This document shows, piece after piece, positions 26,087-40,208 of a DNA stretch of 64,000 nucleotides. Each line of letters opens with the position of its first letter. The first letter of the stretch is position 1. The DNA comes from Octopus sinensis. Taxonomy: Eukaryota. The notes under the pieces were generated by a model that did no database searches, was not told the DNA's origin, and worked only from the letters and a program-made list of their open reading frames with translations. The position numbers and the translations under genes were made by a program. The DNA lies in contig NC_043008.1 of assembly GCF_006345805.1 (NCBI RefSeq), positions 2,790,001-2,854,000 of the forward strand. The letters run 5' to 3'.

Positions 26087-27265
26087 ATTGATTAGAGAAC
26101 AAACATTAAATTCGAGTCAACGACTTTATGTAACACCACGCTTCCATACATTTGATCATATATAAATATTACTATGGCTCTTAACAATGACTAATTGTTG
26201 ATTTCCTGTTCATCCTGATGAGACAGCCATTGCCGAGATACACCTTAACTCGCAATCAAACCGCGGCCGTGAACTTCCGAAATGGCCATAAATATGTGAG
26301 ACTTGATTTTTTAAATTTCTCTTACGCTCCTGAACTTCAACCTACCACAGGTTTTCATGAAATGCACTTTTTTACATATTTTTAACTGAGGGGAGTAAAA
26401 AGAAGAGTTTTTAGTCGATTCACATTTTTATTTAGGTTTTTAGTCGCATGACATGCTTCAGAGTTTTATTTCGATTGCTTATTTTTAGTCGATTGCATAT
26501 ACCTTCTTCATAGGCCATTTGTATAAAATATATACTATATTATTTATTTTATTGTATGATTGAACGCCACGCATCCTCTTGCAGGCATGTTTTATCTTTT
26601 TTATATACATATATATATATATATTTGTTTATTTATGTATATATATATATATATTATATATATATATATATCTATATATATATATATATATATATAAACA
26701 TTGATTAGAGAACAAACATTAAATTCCAGTCAACGACTTTATGTAACACCACGCTTCCATACATTTGATCATATATAAATATTACTATGGCTCTTAACAA
26801 TGACTAATTGTTGATTTCCTGTTCATCCTGATGAGACAGCCATTGCCGAGATACACCTTAACTCGCAATCAAACCGCGGCCGTGAACTTCCGAAATGGCC
26901 ATAAATATGTGAGACTTGATTTTTTAAATTTCTCTTACGCTCCTGAACTTCAACCTACCACAGGTTTTCATGAAATGCACTTTTTTACATATTTTTAACT
27001 GAGGGGAGTAAAAAGAAGAGTTTTTAGTCGATTCACATTTTTATTTAGGTTTTTAGTCGCATGACATGCTTCAGAGTTTTATTTCGATTGCTTATTTTTA
27101 GTCGATTGCATATACCTTCTTCATAGGCCATTTGTATAAAATATATACTATATTATTTATTTTATTGTATGATTGAACGCCACGCATCCTCTTGCAGGCA
27201 TGTTTTATCTTTTTTATATACATATATATATATATATATATTTGTTTATTTATGTATATATATAT
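26083..27265. repeat. Tandem duplication of about 613 bp, bounded by (TA)n
   Basis: Unit starts aaacattgattagagaac at 26083 and 26696. The unique part is near-identical (ttcgagtc vs ttccagtc is the only substitution I found), with TA-length differences. Confidence 0.9.
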
Positions 27266-27289
27266 ATATATATATATGTAAGTATATAT

Positions 27290-27560
27290 TTACATATGTA
27301 CGTATGTATGTATGTATATATGTATGTATGTATGTATGTGAATGTGTGTTTGTGTCTGTGTCTGTGGTTGTCCCTCACCATCACTTGACAACCGATGTTG
27401 ATGTATTTACCTCCCCATAACATAGCGCTTCGGCAGACGTAGGGATATAATATTACCATGCCTACAAAGAAGAAGTCCTGGGATCGATTTGTTCGACTAA
27501 AGTCGGTGCCGCAGCATGGCTGTAGTCAGACGACTGAAGCAAATACATGAATAGAAGAAT
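27290..27560 (+). mobile_element. Family B SINE, 3' half
   Basis: cacttgacaaccgatgttgatgtatttac...gtcctgggatcgatttgttcgactaaag.cggtgc.gcagcatggc, homologous to 800-960. Confidence 0.75.
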
Positions 27561-30374
27561 ATATACGCAAGAGGGCATACGTAAACGTATATGGAAACAT
27601 ATGTGTGTGCAGCAAAATGCGTGGTCGTAGCTCAAGAAGCATTTTATTCCGTTCCTTCCCTATCAATAGCACTAACATACAACACTGGAAGCGGAAACAG
27701 CTGTTGGATGGATGCAGTCTATTTATATTGAATCAAAATATAATAAATTATGTAAGTCAATTGTTGTTCATCAATATTTCTCCATTTTCTCTTTTCTTTA
27801 GATTTTGATTCGTGATAAACCCATGTTAATCCTTGTGTTTACCTATATTTTATGCGCAGAATATTCTTGCATATAGCATATGTAAGTCCATGGTTAAGCA
27901 TAGGTAATATACCGGTAGTGTAATGAATATTTCTATCCCTTAAACGGTTATTCTAACCTCTAACTCAGCTAACATTATATATATATATATAATATATATG
28001 TATATAAATATATATATATATATATATATACATAAACACATATATATATATATACATGTGTGTGTATGTATATACACGTTTATTAATCCTAATTATCCCT
28101 CATTTTCACGCTCTATATACTTACAGTATAATCTAACAATTGATATAGTATAATCACTAAACATTGAAAGCATTTTACTCGTTATGTGTGTTTATGTACG
28201 ATATAAGGTAACGTACTTTGTGTAAAATTGGTCGTAATTCTCTTTATTTCCTCTTTTAATGCACTCAATAGCACTGTGTTAGAAACCATCTCAAAATAGG
28301 TGAATTAGTAATTACAATCACATATACGTGTGCCTTTGAATCTGCTAGGAACTAAATGGAAAAAGAATTACATAATCAGTTTCAGCAGTAGGCATTTAAG
28401 ACATTGATAAGAAAAGAAGCGAAAATAATGAAGTCAGAAAATACGTAAGTACCATTCTCGTTCTACTTCGGGCTAAATATTTCTATACTAGGAAAGGGTA
28501 ATATCGAAAAATTGCAGGAAATTAAAGGAACTAATCCTTGTGAAGGAAATTGAGCATTAATTTTGACATTCCATACACACGGAATATTATTTCCTTCTCT
28601 TGTTACTAATTACACTAGTAATTACCGGGAACTAAGAAACAATGGCTTTCTTTAACATGTAATGTATTTAATCATTATTCTAAAAGATTCTCTGTCTGCT
28701 CGACAGCATGTTATATACTGTTCTAAATTCTGTGGGAGACAATGTTTCAGCGATTTTAAGTTTGTTTCTGAAATTGCTTCGGTTCTTATATTTATTTTTT
28801 TCCGTTTGCCTCTATCCAAACATATTCAAGGAGATCATAACTTAAGACATTGCAACCGAGATCATGAGTTTGTGTTTTATTTATCAATCACGACATCATC
28901 CGGGGCTTACCTTCAGTCATTACTGTATTGTTCAAAGTGCAGAGACGCAAAATAAATACCGATATTAAGCACACTATTATGATAAATATACATTTTACGG
29001 CGTTGAAACAAATACTATATATCTAATAATAAACCAAATATCTGTCGCTGCATTTTTAATTATATTATAGAATATTTAAAGAATTGTTTGTTATACTGTA
29101 TCAAGACAAATACTTAGGGTTTTTTCTATATTCCCAATGCAATTTGAGACGAATATTTAATGAAATAAATATTAAATTTACACACTGAGACACAAACAAG
29201 ATATACAATATTAAAACATGTATTAAACATATCGTATTAAATATCCTATACTGTGACAAATATTAAATATGCAATATTCAGAAAATATTAAATATACAGT
29301 ATTTAATAAAGGACATTTATATAAACATTAAATAGGTAACGTTGAGAAGGACAGACATGCATGCAACATGAAGGATTCTTTTTTTAAATTTCGAATATGG
29401 AGGATTCAGACGTATATTAAATATGAATAATTGAAACAGATAATAAATATACAATGTTAAGGGAAATATAGATCATATAGCATTGGCATAAATGATAAGT
29501 ATGCAGCGTATGTATTCCGCAGTGAATTATGGAATATGTATACATATTTACGTCAGATTCAATACTTTGCCAATTTTAACATGTGCAAATCTTAGAATAA
29601 CATAAACAAGAAATAATTTTTTTAGATGATAGAAGCTGGTCAAAAATATTTGATTAGGATTTGTATGTTGGGCGAAACAAAAATTGTAGAATTGGAAAAT
29701 TTCTACTGTAAATATAATTTAGTTAAATGTCAATCCGAATAGGGTCAATGAGGAAAAAGTAAACAGCCTAATTGTGAGCAGAAAAACTGGAGAGAGGAAA
29801 TTGGAATATGGTCCATTTTTTTGTGATAGAGAACAATTGTAGGAGGAAAGTTCACAACGGTTATGAGTATTGTTTTATTTTATTTATTTATTTAATAGAA
29901 AACCGGGTGCGATAAAACACGAGGGTGTTTCTTGTTTCAAATATCTATTAAATTATAGCTTCCGTTTTGCTCTCTTCTTGTATCATTATTCTTACACACT
30001 CCTCACATAAATATATTTTTACATGTCTTTCACTTCAAATTCCGTCATAACTTTCATTTTCCATCCGTCATTCACCATTCTATTAGTGTGATATTACTAT
30101 TTGCTCAAAATGAGCAAATACATTTAAGTTATTTTTATTGTTTCCTTTTAGCTTTACTGATTCTGATGTACACATCCATCAATTTTCATCGATACCAGAT
30201 CTTAGTAGTAAAAAACTTGCACTCAGAATAAGGATAAGGTAAAATTACTACCTGCTTTTATAGCAAGTTGATGTGTTTATTTTAACCTGCCTCCTCTGAC
30301 TTTTAATTCATAGAATTGAAAAAAAAACTGCATTAGTTATGAAATGACCCAATAAATATTGGCTTGAAATTTAG

Positions 30375-30552
30375 TCACATAGACAACAATTTCGGTGGAG
30401 AGTGTAAGTTGACTATATCGACACTAGTATTCAACGGCTACTCGATTTAAAGACCCCGAAATTTGGCCTCGGCTAAGTCTAGGTTCAGGATGTAAAGACG
30501 GACGAAATACAGTTATGCGTTTGCACGGCCAAAGATTCTGCCGGCTCACCAC
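30375..30552 (-). mobile_element. Family A SINE, degenerate
   Basis: gaccccgaa...ggcctcggc...aaagacggacgaaatac...gattctgccggctcacc. Confidence 0.65.
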
Positions 30553-31639
30553 TGTTCTTTTTTAAAAATAAATATTAAAATGAAACATTTAACTAAGTAT
30601 AATATAGCAATATTTCGAAATATTATAATCTAATTTATATATTACTATATATATATTACGATATATAGCTTTATAAAATTAATTTCCAATATATTTCCCA
30701 GCTATTTTTGAACAGTTCAACGTTAGATAAGATGACGTTCATAACAATCATATCATACTTCAGTCTCAGTACATCATGTAATAAACATATAAAAAGAAAA
30801 GCAAGAATAATATTCATATACAATTATTGATGCGTATATTGATGTCACTTCATGCTCCACAGATGAAGTATGTGCTTTAATTCCATTTGTCACTTGTCTC
30901 CATTCACATTTAAATTTTACAACCGCCATCTTGGCAATTCTTTTATTTCCTCACATATTCTTACCATGGCAATCTTTACTTTTCATGTTATAAATGCTTG
31001 TCTCGTCACTTACTACAATCGGCCTAACATTTCCATTGTGTTGTCGGTGATATTCAATAATTGACTATATAGGACATCCTCACATTGATTTTCATGTCAT
31101 TAAAAATGTTCTATTCCCCCTCCTTTGGGATAATCTCATCTGTTAGACAACCCTAAAAGGGAACAAATCTATTTCCGTAATTTAAATTTGCTGAATTTAA
31201 ATTTAAAATATTTGAATTCGTTTTTATTGTTGATTCTCTTGTTGATGCAACTGTTGCTCTTGCTGAAGTTAATATTTGACTGAGGTAACCTCTGTTCAAA
31301 TACGTTCTAACCCATAATGTTCGGGTATTTCCTCCTCTATTAATCGCGTAGTTAGAGCTACTAAAATTAAAATAGTCATGCTGCGCTTAAAAATTTAGGA
31401 TAACATTAATTATTGCAATACAATACCATCACCAATTGGGTGAATGTATTTTCAAAGAGGTTTCAGATGTTTTTTCTCCTTCGTAAATTAAGAGTATTGC
31501 TGTCTGGGAAATATCTTATGGTAGAGGAATAGCAGTTAACTGTTAATTCTGAATTTCGTTATGTGGTGAAGCAATTTGCTGAACCCTAATTATAATTATG
31601 CTTCTAATTATATATTTATTGTATAAGATTCCCGAGTCC

Positions 31640-32218
31640 CGAAAACCGAGAGTAAATAAAATCAAACATCCAGGCAACATCATGGCGTTTGGAATGACCA
31701 GTAGTGATGGCGATGTTAGGCTTCCATTCATCTTCCCACACGGTCTCAGATTCAACACGGAGGTCTACATCAGGTGACTGGAGGAGGTTGAGCTGCCCTG
31801 CGGCAAGAGGGTGGCTTCTGAAAGCCTCGTGTCTGGTAACAGGACTTTGCACCATGCTACATAAATAGGAGAACCTAGTCATTGCTAGCACCCCTTAAAA
31901 TCTGGCCACCTAATTCCCAGAGTCCAACACCCTAGATTATTATGTTTTGAGCGAGGGACCAGCAATACATCTTGTAACACCAAAGATATGGATTATGGCA
32001 GAAGTCACCAACTTAAATAAAGAGATCGCCCAGAAGAGTTGCAGGAGATTCCGAAATCGTTTGGAGTCGGCGGTTGAAACCAATGGCGATTTTATAGAAT
32101 AAATGTAATCTTTAGTATTTCGAAATAACTTTATGTAAGTTAGGCAAAAATATTTGTTAAAATGCGATGTCAGTGTCATTTTTATTTTCGTAGACGACAA
32201 TATATTCAACGCACCCTG
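31640..32218 (+). mobile_element. maT/DD37D-like (Tc1/mariner) transposon, 3' half, decayed
   Basis: KIKHPGNIMAFG...PFIFPHGLRFNTEVY, WQQDFAPC, WPPNS..PLDYYV, CRRFRNRLESAVETNGDFIE*. Terminal repeat ends caccctg|ta. Confidence 0.8.
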
Positions 32219-32254
32219 TATACATACATATAAATATATGTGTGCGTGTGTAGA

Positions 32255-32257
32255 TAC

Positions 32258-32343
<86 letters not shown>

Positions 32344-32423
32344 TGATTGATTGATAGATAGGCATATATATATATCATATATATATATATCATATATATA
32401 TATATCATATATATATATATATC

Positions 32424-32459
<36 letters not shown>

Positions 32460-32472
32460 ATATGTGTGTGTG
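32255..32472. repeat. (GATA)n + (TA)n + (TG)n
   Basis: Direct inspection. Confidence 0.95.
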
Positions 32473-32577
32473 TTCTGCAATAATGCTCTGAAAAATGTTC
32501 TGCAATAACGGGGAAGATTAAGTGGACGAAAGAAAACTAAAACATGATTTGGAGTTTACCTGGTAAAATGAACCAGT

Positions 32578-32930
32578 AGAGTTGGCGCATGGCTCAATGT
32601 TTTGTGTGGGGGACTCACAATAATTAGGTAGCGAGATATATTCCCGGACCGGGATGTATCTTGTGTTCTTGGGCAAGACATTTTATGTCACATACGTCCA
32701 GTTCACGCAACTGTAGAAATGAGCTGAGACATCAGTCGTTCCGAGCTGTTCTGACCTTCGTCTTTTCCTCGCACAACATCACTGGCTTGGAGATGGGAGG
32801 TTGGTATGCACGCGCGACGGCCGGTTTTGATAAACAAACTTGCCCGGGCTTGTGTCTCGGAGGGGAACATTCTAGGTGTAATACCATGGTCATTTATGAC
32901 CGAAAGGGCTCTTTACTCTTTTACCCTTAT
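32578..32930 (+). mobile_element. tRNA-derived SINE with CORE-like domain
   Basis: ggcgcatggctcaatg head, attcccggaccggg, gtgttcttgggcaagaca, and 3' end cccgggcttgtgtctcggag...ggtcatttatgaccgaaagggctctttac. Confidence 0.7.
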
Positions 32931-34254
32931 TGAAATGCCGTGTAAAAAAGCAATGTGCGGATATCAACTACAGCAAGAGCAACAGCCACATCAACAAGAG
33001 AATCAACAAGAATACCAAATTCAAATATTCTATATTAAAATCGTAAACGAGGCGCATGCGCAGTAAACATACTGAAAATAAACACCATGTCTCATCCGGG
33101 TTTCAAATTTATCATCAAATTCTTAACCTCTTATGAAAGTCTCTGGTCAGAAATGAGGAGTTGCAACGATGCGGTGAAGGTCTCTAAATCTGCACTTTAT
33201 GCTCTGAGAGAAAACCTGTGGTATGATGCACTACACGGTGAAGTTAATTGGACCTGCTTCAAGGATCCGGCAACAAAAATGGTAGATAACATAATGCTAG
33301 TTTATACGCAGACAAACTTGTAAAACGTCGCGGGCTTTCGCCTGACAATCGGAAGGCGACCAGATTAAGCAGAAGGCATATTCCACGACGCAGAAGCATT
33401 AACTACCGGCCAACAATCATTTCAAGACGAATCTCTTTGTTGAGGGATTTCATTTCAGAATATTTTTATTTTTATTGAGACTGGAACTAAACAGTGGACA
33501 GAATTTAATTTGCTACTGTTTCAACTCCTCACCCACCTTTAGTTGTCATAGAAATAGATCGAGCAAAAGTTTTGTCTTTAATAGTTTTCATCCTAAACCT
33601 TTTTATTTTTACTTTTAACATCATAAAACACTTACATATAAAAGAAAAACAACAGAAATAGCTTTTTTTCCTCCACATTAAAGAGAGCATTATTGATGTA
33701 GCCATTTTTACATTTTTCTCTTTTATTCCCCATTTCTATAGCAGCATCTTTTTATTGCATTGTAGTGATATCTTGTATAAATCCATTTCAATACACAAGT
33801 TAATAAAGTCTGCAACATCAATAAAAAACAAAAAAACAAAAAGAAAATGCAAACAGCTACAACAATAAAGACAACCACAACAGCAACAACAACATCAATA
33901 ACAACAATATCCACTACAACAACGGAAACAAGGAAAAAAACAAGAACTCCGAAAATAACAAATATATTTTGGCTTAAACTTTAGAATTAGACATGTTCTT
34001 TTAAAACAACACACTGTAAAACTTGTAATAAAGTTAAAATGTTTTGATAAATATTCAGGAGGAGGATTTATCTTAGAGAATATGGGTGTGGGAGTAATGG
34101 GGGATGCGGTGCTATAAATGTCCAGATCGAAATATAGCAAGTGTGAAATGATAAAGAAAAGAACAAGTTCAACATAAAAGGACAAATATAATACAAAGAG
34201 AACATACTGGAACCTGTAGACAATTTGTTTATTTTTGGTATTTATCATTATATG

Positions 34255-34744
34255 TGTCTATTATTAATTATTATTATTATTATCATTATTGTTATTATTA
34301 TTATTATTGTTATTATTACTATTGTTATTATTATTATTATTTTCATTATTATTATTATTATTACTATTATTATTATTATTATCATCATTATTATTATTAT
34401 TATCATTATTATTATTATTATTATTATTATTACTAACCTATTGTTTCCTCCAACTCCTAGGCCTTGTTATGTTAATCATGATCATATTTACAATAATGAT
34501 AATAATCATAAATAACAAGATCATCATTGTCTAGATCATTGTTTTCGTCCTCCTCCTCCTCATCATCATCATCGTCATCATCATTATAAACAGAATCATC
34601 ATCAATAGAAACAGCTGCAGCAGCATCTTCGTCAACATCTTCATCGTCATCAGCAATATAATCGCGGTCGACATCATCGTCGTCATCCGCTTACCATCGT
34701 CATGGTCATGTTCTCCATACCACCAACAGCACCAGAACCAGCAC

Positions 34745-34777
<33 letters not shown>

Positions 34778-34925
34778 AATTATCATCATCACCACCATCA
34801 TCATCATCGTCTTCATCGTCATCGTCTTCATCGCCATCATCATCATCATCCCCATGATCGTCTTCACTGTCGTCGACGTTATAATTCCCACCACCATCCG
34901 CATCGACATATCGTTCCACCATCTG
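34255..34925. repeat. (TTA)n and (ATC)n trinucleotide island
   Basis: Direct inspection. Confidence 0.95.
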
Positions 34926-35954
34926 CAACTAGAAACAAAATTCTTTCAGATTAGCCTCACATAAATCTACAACAGCTGAATCTTCGTTATCTCACACTTT
35001 ATCCCCCCATTACAGAAAATAATTATTTCACAATAGAAGAAGTAGATTTAGAGACACGGTGTGGGCGATATGAAAAGAACAAAGGAAATGTTTTTTTGGT
35101 TTTATTGTGTGTGGTGACAAACTGTTTGCTTTGATTATAAATCAGCTGGATCAAGGAAGACAAAGTCGAAACAAGAAACAAATCTACCATTTCTGAGATC
35201 ATCACACCTGTCACCGTTTCCAGTATCTGTTTTTTTGTAATTTAATGCGTTTTCATTAACAGCCACTTTATCGTCATTCTTACTCTTCACGACTTCATCA
35301 CAACTTTTTCGGTATTGTTGTTTTCCGCGTCCTCCTTCTCCTTCCCTTCAGCATCATCATCATTACAATCATCACAACCACCGCCACTACCATTATCATT
35401 ATCTTTATCATCATCAGCATCTTCTCTGTTATCAGAATTTTGTAAGCAATATTTTCGTTATCCTAATTAACATTAACCTAATTAACATTATAACCAGCAA
35501 CAAATGAAGAATTCATTTGTTCGTTCGTTATGATAGAAATTGCAGCCAAAAGACTCTTAAATCACACGAAACAACCATAACCAAATGAAATGCATAAATA
35601 TAAGGCGACGATGTACATGCTTCAAAAACTGGTGGGAGGGGGTTTATGATCGGAGTTTTGATCCTAATTCGTCCGAATCATCCTTGGGCTAAACATTACA
35701 TAAACCGTTACCAACTCATCATCTTCTACAACATCATTACCTTCCATCACCTTAATCAGCACCATCTCAGTCATCATCATCATCATCGTCATCGTCATCT
35801 TCATCACCATTATATTAAGTATAGTTCTAAAGAATTAGTGCAGTTATTGTAAATCAAAAATTTGCAAGGATATTCAATTAATTCAGAAAACTAAGTTTCT
35901 ATTGTCAAATGGTAATATACTTCGCAATAATAATAATGATTCCATATTTCTTAC

Positions 35955-36230
35955 AGGGTGTTTCGATGATTCAATGAATTGTAAGTTCCCGAAGAGGAGA
36001 CTCTATGAACAAGGAGAATTCCTCTAATTAGTAACTGTAGGGAATTCAGAATTTTTTTCCAAATATGTATAATTCTTTGCCTTGATTTAATACGAGAATA
36101 TTCCCCTATTTTACGTTTGACATAAATAAAGATCTCTGAAACGATATGTAAAAATGAAATCCATTTATTAAATTTATATACGAGAAGATATTGAAAATTT
36201 CGTGGCTTTAAATACATCGTTAAAGGCCAG
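35955..36230 (-). mobile_element. Tc1/maT-like 3' relic
   Basis: Begins ta|cagggtgtttc (same terminal type as 32218). The minus frame KSRQRIIHIWKKI resembles the Tc1-family C-terminal helix. Confidence 0.35.
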
Positions 36231-39200
36231 ATTTCTTTTTACAGGGCTTAAAAATACTGGGTTGCCGCCTTAAAGTGTGTGTGAATATGAGAGACGAATA
36301 TGTTGGATAAATCATAATTAACTGATCCTCCAGTATTTTCACTTACCCAAAGCCAAAAGCTTTTCAGCCCCTCCTTTTTTAGAAGGACGTAAAATTACAT
36401 ATGTTTTGTCGGGGTCTATATAATCCTACGATTGAAAAGCAGAATGAGTTATATCTAGCTGGTGACACGATTCTTAGAGAATGAAATATTTCCTAAGATC
36501 TCTTTCTTCTTTGCTCCAATTATACAGTATTGGCGCTATCGTCGAAATATTTTTTTAATTATCTCGTCTTAAAAGTTGTTCCATTTTCCATGCATTAAAT
36601 GCGGTACGGATGATGTGACAATAACTATACCAAGCTTGATTTTTACAATGCCAGTTTAATTAAAGTGCCAAAAAATTTGATAATCACTAAAATATACACG
36701 CAATAAATAGCTGGAATTAGTGACGAGTAGTTAACCGCTTTGGAAGCCATAGAGCTTTTATCAACAATTGTAAATACTAAAAGCCATGGTTGCTATTACC
36801 GAACGTTAATAACGGTAATCACTCAGACAATAGCCGATAGAAATATCTTATAAATATAATAACAATAGATAAAAATATCTATAGATAGAAGGAAAATTTC
36901 ACATGTGCAAGACTTGAAGTCACAGAAAGTAGTGGTGTTGAATAGGAATTCACATCAGAGGTAGATTTATTGATTTCAAAAGAATCTACGTCATCTGTAC
37001 GATGCTGGCTGTATGTATATGTTTTCTTTGAACGGTTTTATAAGTTTTGTAGACATACGAATTAGTTTTGATGCAGTCTGATATTTGTAAATGTTCAATA
37101 ATATGGCTGTTAAGTTCAGTGATTTTTCTATATTTACATCCTAGAATTTTAACAGACATATGATAAGATCGTTTTAGATGAATCGTTTAGGAACGATTGC
37201 CAATATTAGAAACAATCACATACGTACAATAATCATGAAATTTCTTGATATTCATACAAAATGAAAAAAAAACTCAATTCTAATTTTCAAAAGAAACTTT
37301 CTTTTTACCTTAAAATACAATTAAACAAAATTACTTTCTCTGGGGTATATTTGGATCAAATAAAGATTACTTTTTAAAACTTTTATCAAGATAATAATAA
37401 CCTATTCCTTTTATAATCTTCTTCTATAAAATGTCATTAGAAATGAATTTTACAGTGTTATAAGAATCATTCATTTTAAGATTTTAGCCTGACTTGCTAG
37501 AAATTTCAAAGAATTATCCCAACGATTACAATATACTTCTTTAAATTAAGGGACATCACATTAAATAAAGTATTTCTGTTTGATTACAATGTCAGTTCGT
37601 AGTACAGCATGAATATGCGGCACTTAAGCAAAACAGAGTTATTTTGCCCTGGATTTCAGTTTGCATCTGCGTACTTTTGGGTTTTATTTCATTGCATATT
37701 TTGTGCTTCACTCAAGAGAATTGTGACATGTAATGTATTGTCAGGCAATATTGGTAACTGCGTAAACACAGCTAAAATATGGTCTTATTAGACTTAATCT
37801 GACGCGCGCGTGTTTTCAACGACATATACGTTGTGTGCTTTTAGGAGGATCCACCAACGTACACACTTTTGAGGTAGAGCTCGGGTTTGAGAATAAAGTT
37901 CTGTCTTCTACTCACCAAATATGCACCATATTTGTCGTTCTCTGAAACTGCCTACGAAACATTTAATACCTTCCAGATAGGTTATTTTACTTCCAAAAAT
38001 GTGACTACGACTGTTGAGTTGTGTCTTGCTTAATCTCAAATTTACCAAGAGTAAGAAGATAAACAAATAAATGTATTCTCACTTTAAGGGTCTAACCTTT
38101 TATAGAGGATTCGGCTAACATTGGGCAATGTCTTCTTTCACTCATCCTCCTTTGAAGGGAATTTGGAGGAACTTTCTAGTAAACCTGGCTACCAAGTATA
38201 CTTTTTCTCACTGGTATGTGTTTATTATTGGTAAATTAAGAGTTATAACTAGAAGCACAATGGGATGCCTAAAACACGAATGGTGCAACGAATATAAGAA
38301 GACAAGGCTTATATATGGTGAGGAGACATAATATAAATGGTAAGAGTTTCAATGGTTCTGATTCCTTACAATGCGTGTTCTGCTTAACATAGTGTGGTAG
38401 TTCTGTTATAGGTAAGGTGGACAATGTAACAGGATGAAATAATTAAGTGAATCACTTATTCCTCAAACGTTATTATTCCGTAAACCAAAATGTCTGATAT
38501 ACTATTCGGTGCCTACGTTTAGCATGCGGACATTCACTCGTAACTACTTTGTCTCAATCTCGATAAGAGTTTGTTACATCGTTGACTTACTTTTCTGATG
38601 CAGCATAACACGTACAATATATTCTCTTCAAAGAAATGGTTAAGAATAAAATTTGAGGCAGCAGAGCATATCTTACAATACATACACATTAAATATGTCC
38701 AATGTTGAAACCGAATATACGTTTTCTGGATTATATTTAAGACGGTTGCCAATATGCTGTAAAGGGATTTTCCTAGGAGAAATAGATCAGTGCCACAATG
38801 GAGAAACAGTCCGTGTAAACGCTCCTCTGTTAGGTAGACAGGTTGTTTTATTCATTGTGACATCTGGTTTATTGAATTCTCGAAGAAAGATGTTAAGATA
38901 AATGTAAAGCTTGGTAACCGAATATACATGAATCCTTAAAACAGAAATTGTGTTGCTTCCTTATACAAGCAGACAGTACGTTCAGGTGATGTTTATGATG
39001 TTTAGCCAATATATACATACGTACTGTGTGTGTGCGTGTACCTACAACATACATACATATAAATCCGCATTTGTATGCTTCTTTGAACTGAAATGGGAGA
39101 GGTTTCATAAGATATTTGTGGACGCAAATCAATAAGGAGTAGAGCAGATGGCAAATACTATCTTTAAACAGCTGCATACCACAGCATGGGAATAACAAAT

Positions 39201-39350
39201 GAGTAAATAGTTTGTTATATTGCCTCTATGGAAGAAATTATTGGAAATATAAAGCCCAGCATGACCTTACGGTTTTCTCATAAAAGCGTTAGGAGAGATG
39301 GAACTAATTTCCAGCCTTTGATGTAAATGAAATATTGGAGTATTTAAGTA

Positions 39351-39587
39351 CAGCAACCCCTCGACTATTGCGTTTGTTTTATTCCAAAACACGCCGCGAT
39401 AAGTGGAAATCCGCGAAGTAGAAACAGTAGTGGACTATATACTTTTCTTAATTATTTTCATAATTTGTATATATTTATTTTATCATAAATACAAAACAGC
39501 ACCACGGAGGAATCGACGTAAGCTTAAATAATAAACCGTGATAGGTAAACCACCATAGGTGAACCGCGATAGAGCGAGGGTTTACTG
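39351..39587. mobile_element. pogo/Tigger-like MITE
   Basis: ta|cagcaacccctcgactattgcg ... cgcgatagagcgagggtttactg|ca inverted termini. Confidence 0.6.
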
Positions 39588-40170
39588 CATCGTACATTTT
39601 TACTTCTTTTAAGGTCAAAACAAAATATGTTACCGATATTGTAAATTATGACATTTTCGATTCTGAAATATTTGAAAACTGTGTGTAAAGAAACAGTAAC
39701 ATTTTTATATCATTACAATGTCAAATGCAAAAATACATTTTGTAGGAAAAATGTTCGGTGACGAAATGAATTATGAAGCAAGCATTTATGAGTAACTATA
39801 ACACTTCTTTGATGAATAAATAACACACTCTAAATTGTTTAATGATAATGTTAAAATTTATTAATTATTTAATGACAATTAAAAAAAATAATAGTAATTA
39901 GCTATATATATAACAGATAGGAGGAAGATAGATAGATACATACATATAGATATAATTCAAGGAGAGTTAGAGGTTGTAAAACCAACCAACTAAGGGATAG
40001 TATCTATCCAATATATTGCTGTTAGAATACCTAATTAATACACGTGATAGTTATTGCGTGGCAATTACAATACTGAGTATAATTATTTGGCGAGGGTAAT
40101 AAGTGGTTTTGACATTAATTTATATGGCAAGAAGAAAATGGAAATAATCCAGAGGTAGTATATATCATAT

Positions 40171-40208
<38 letters not shown>

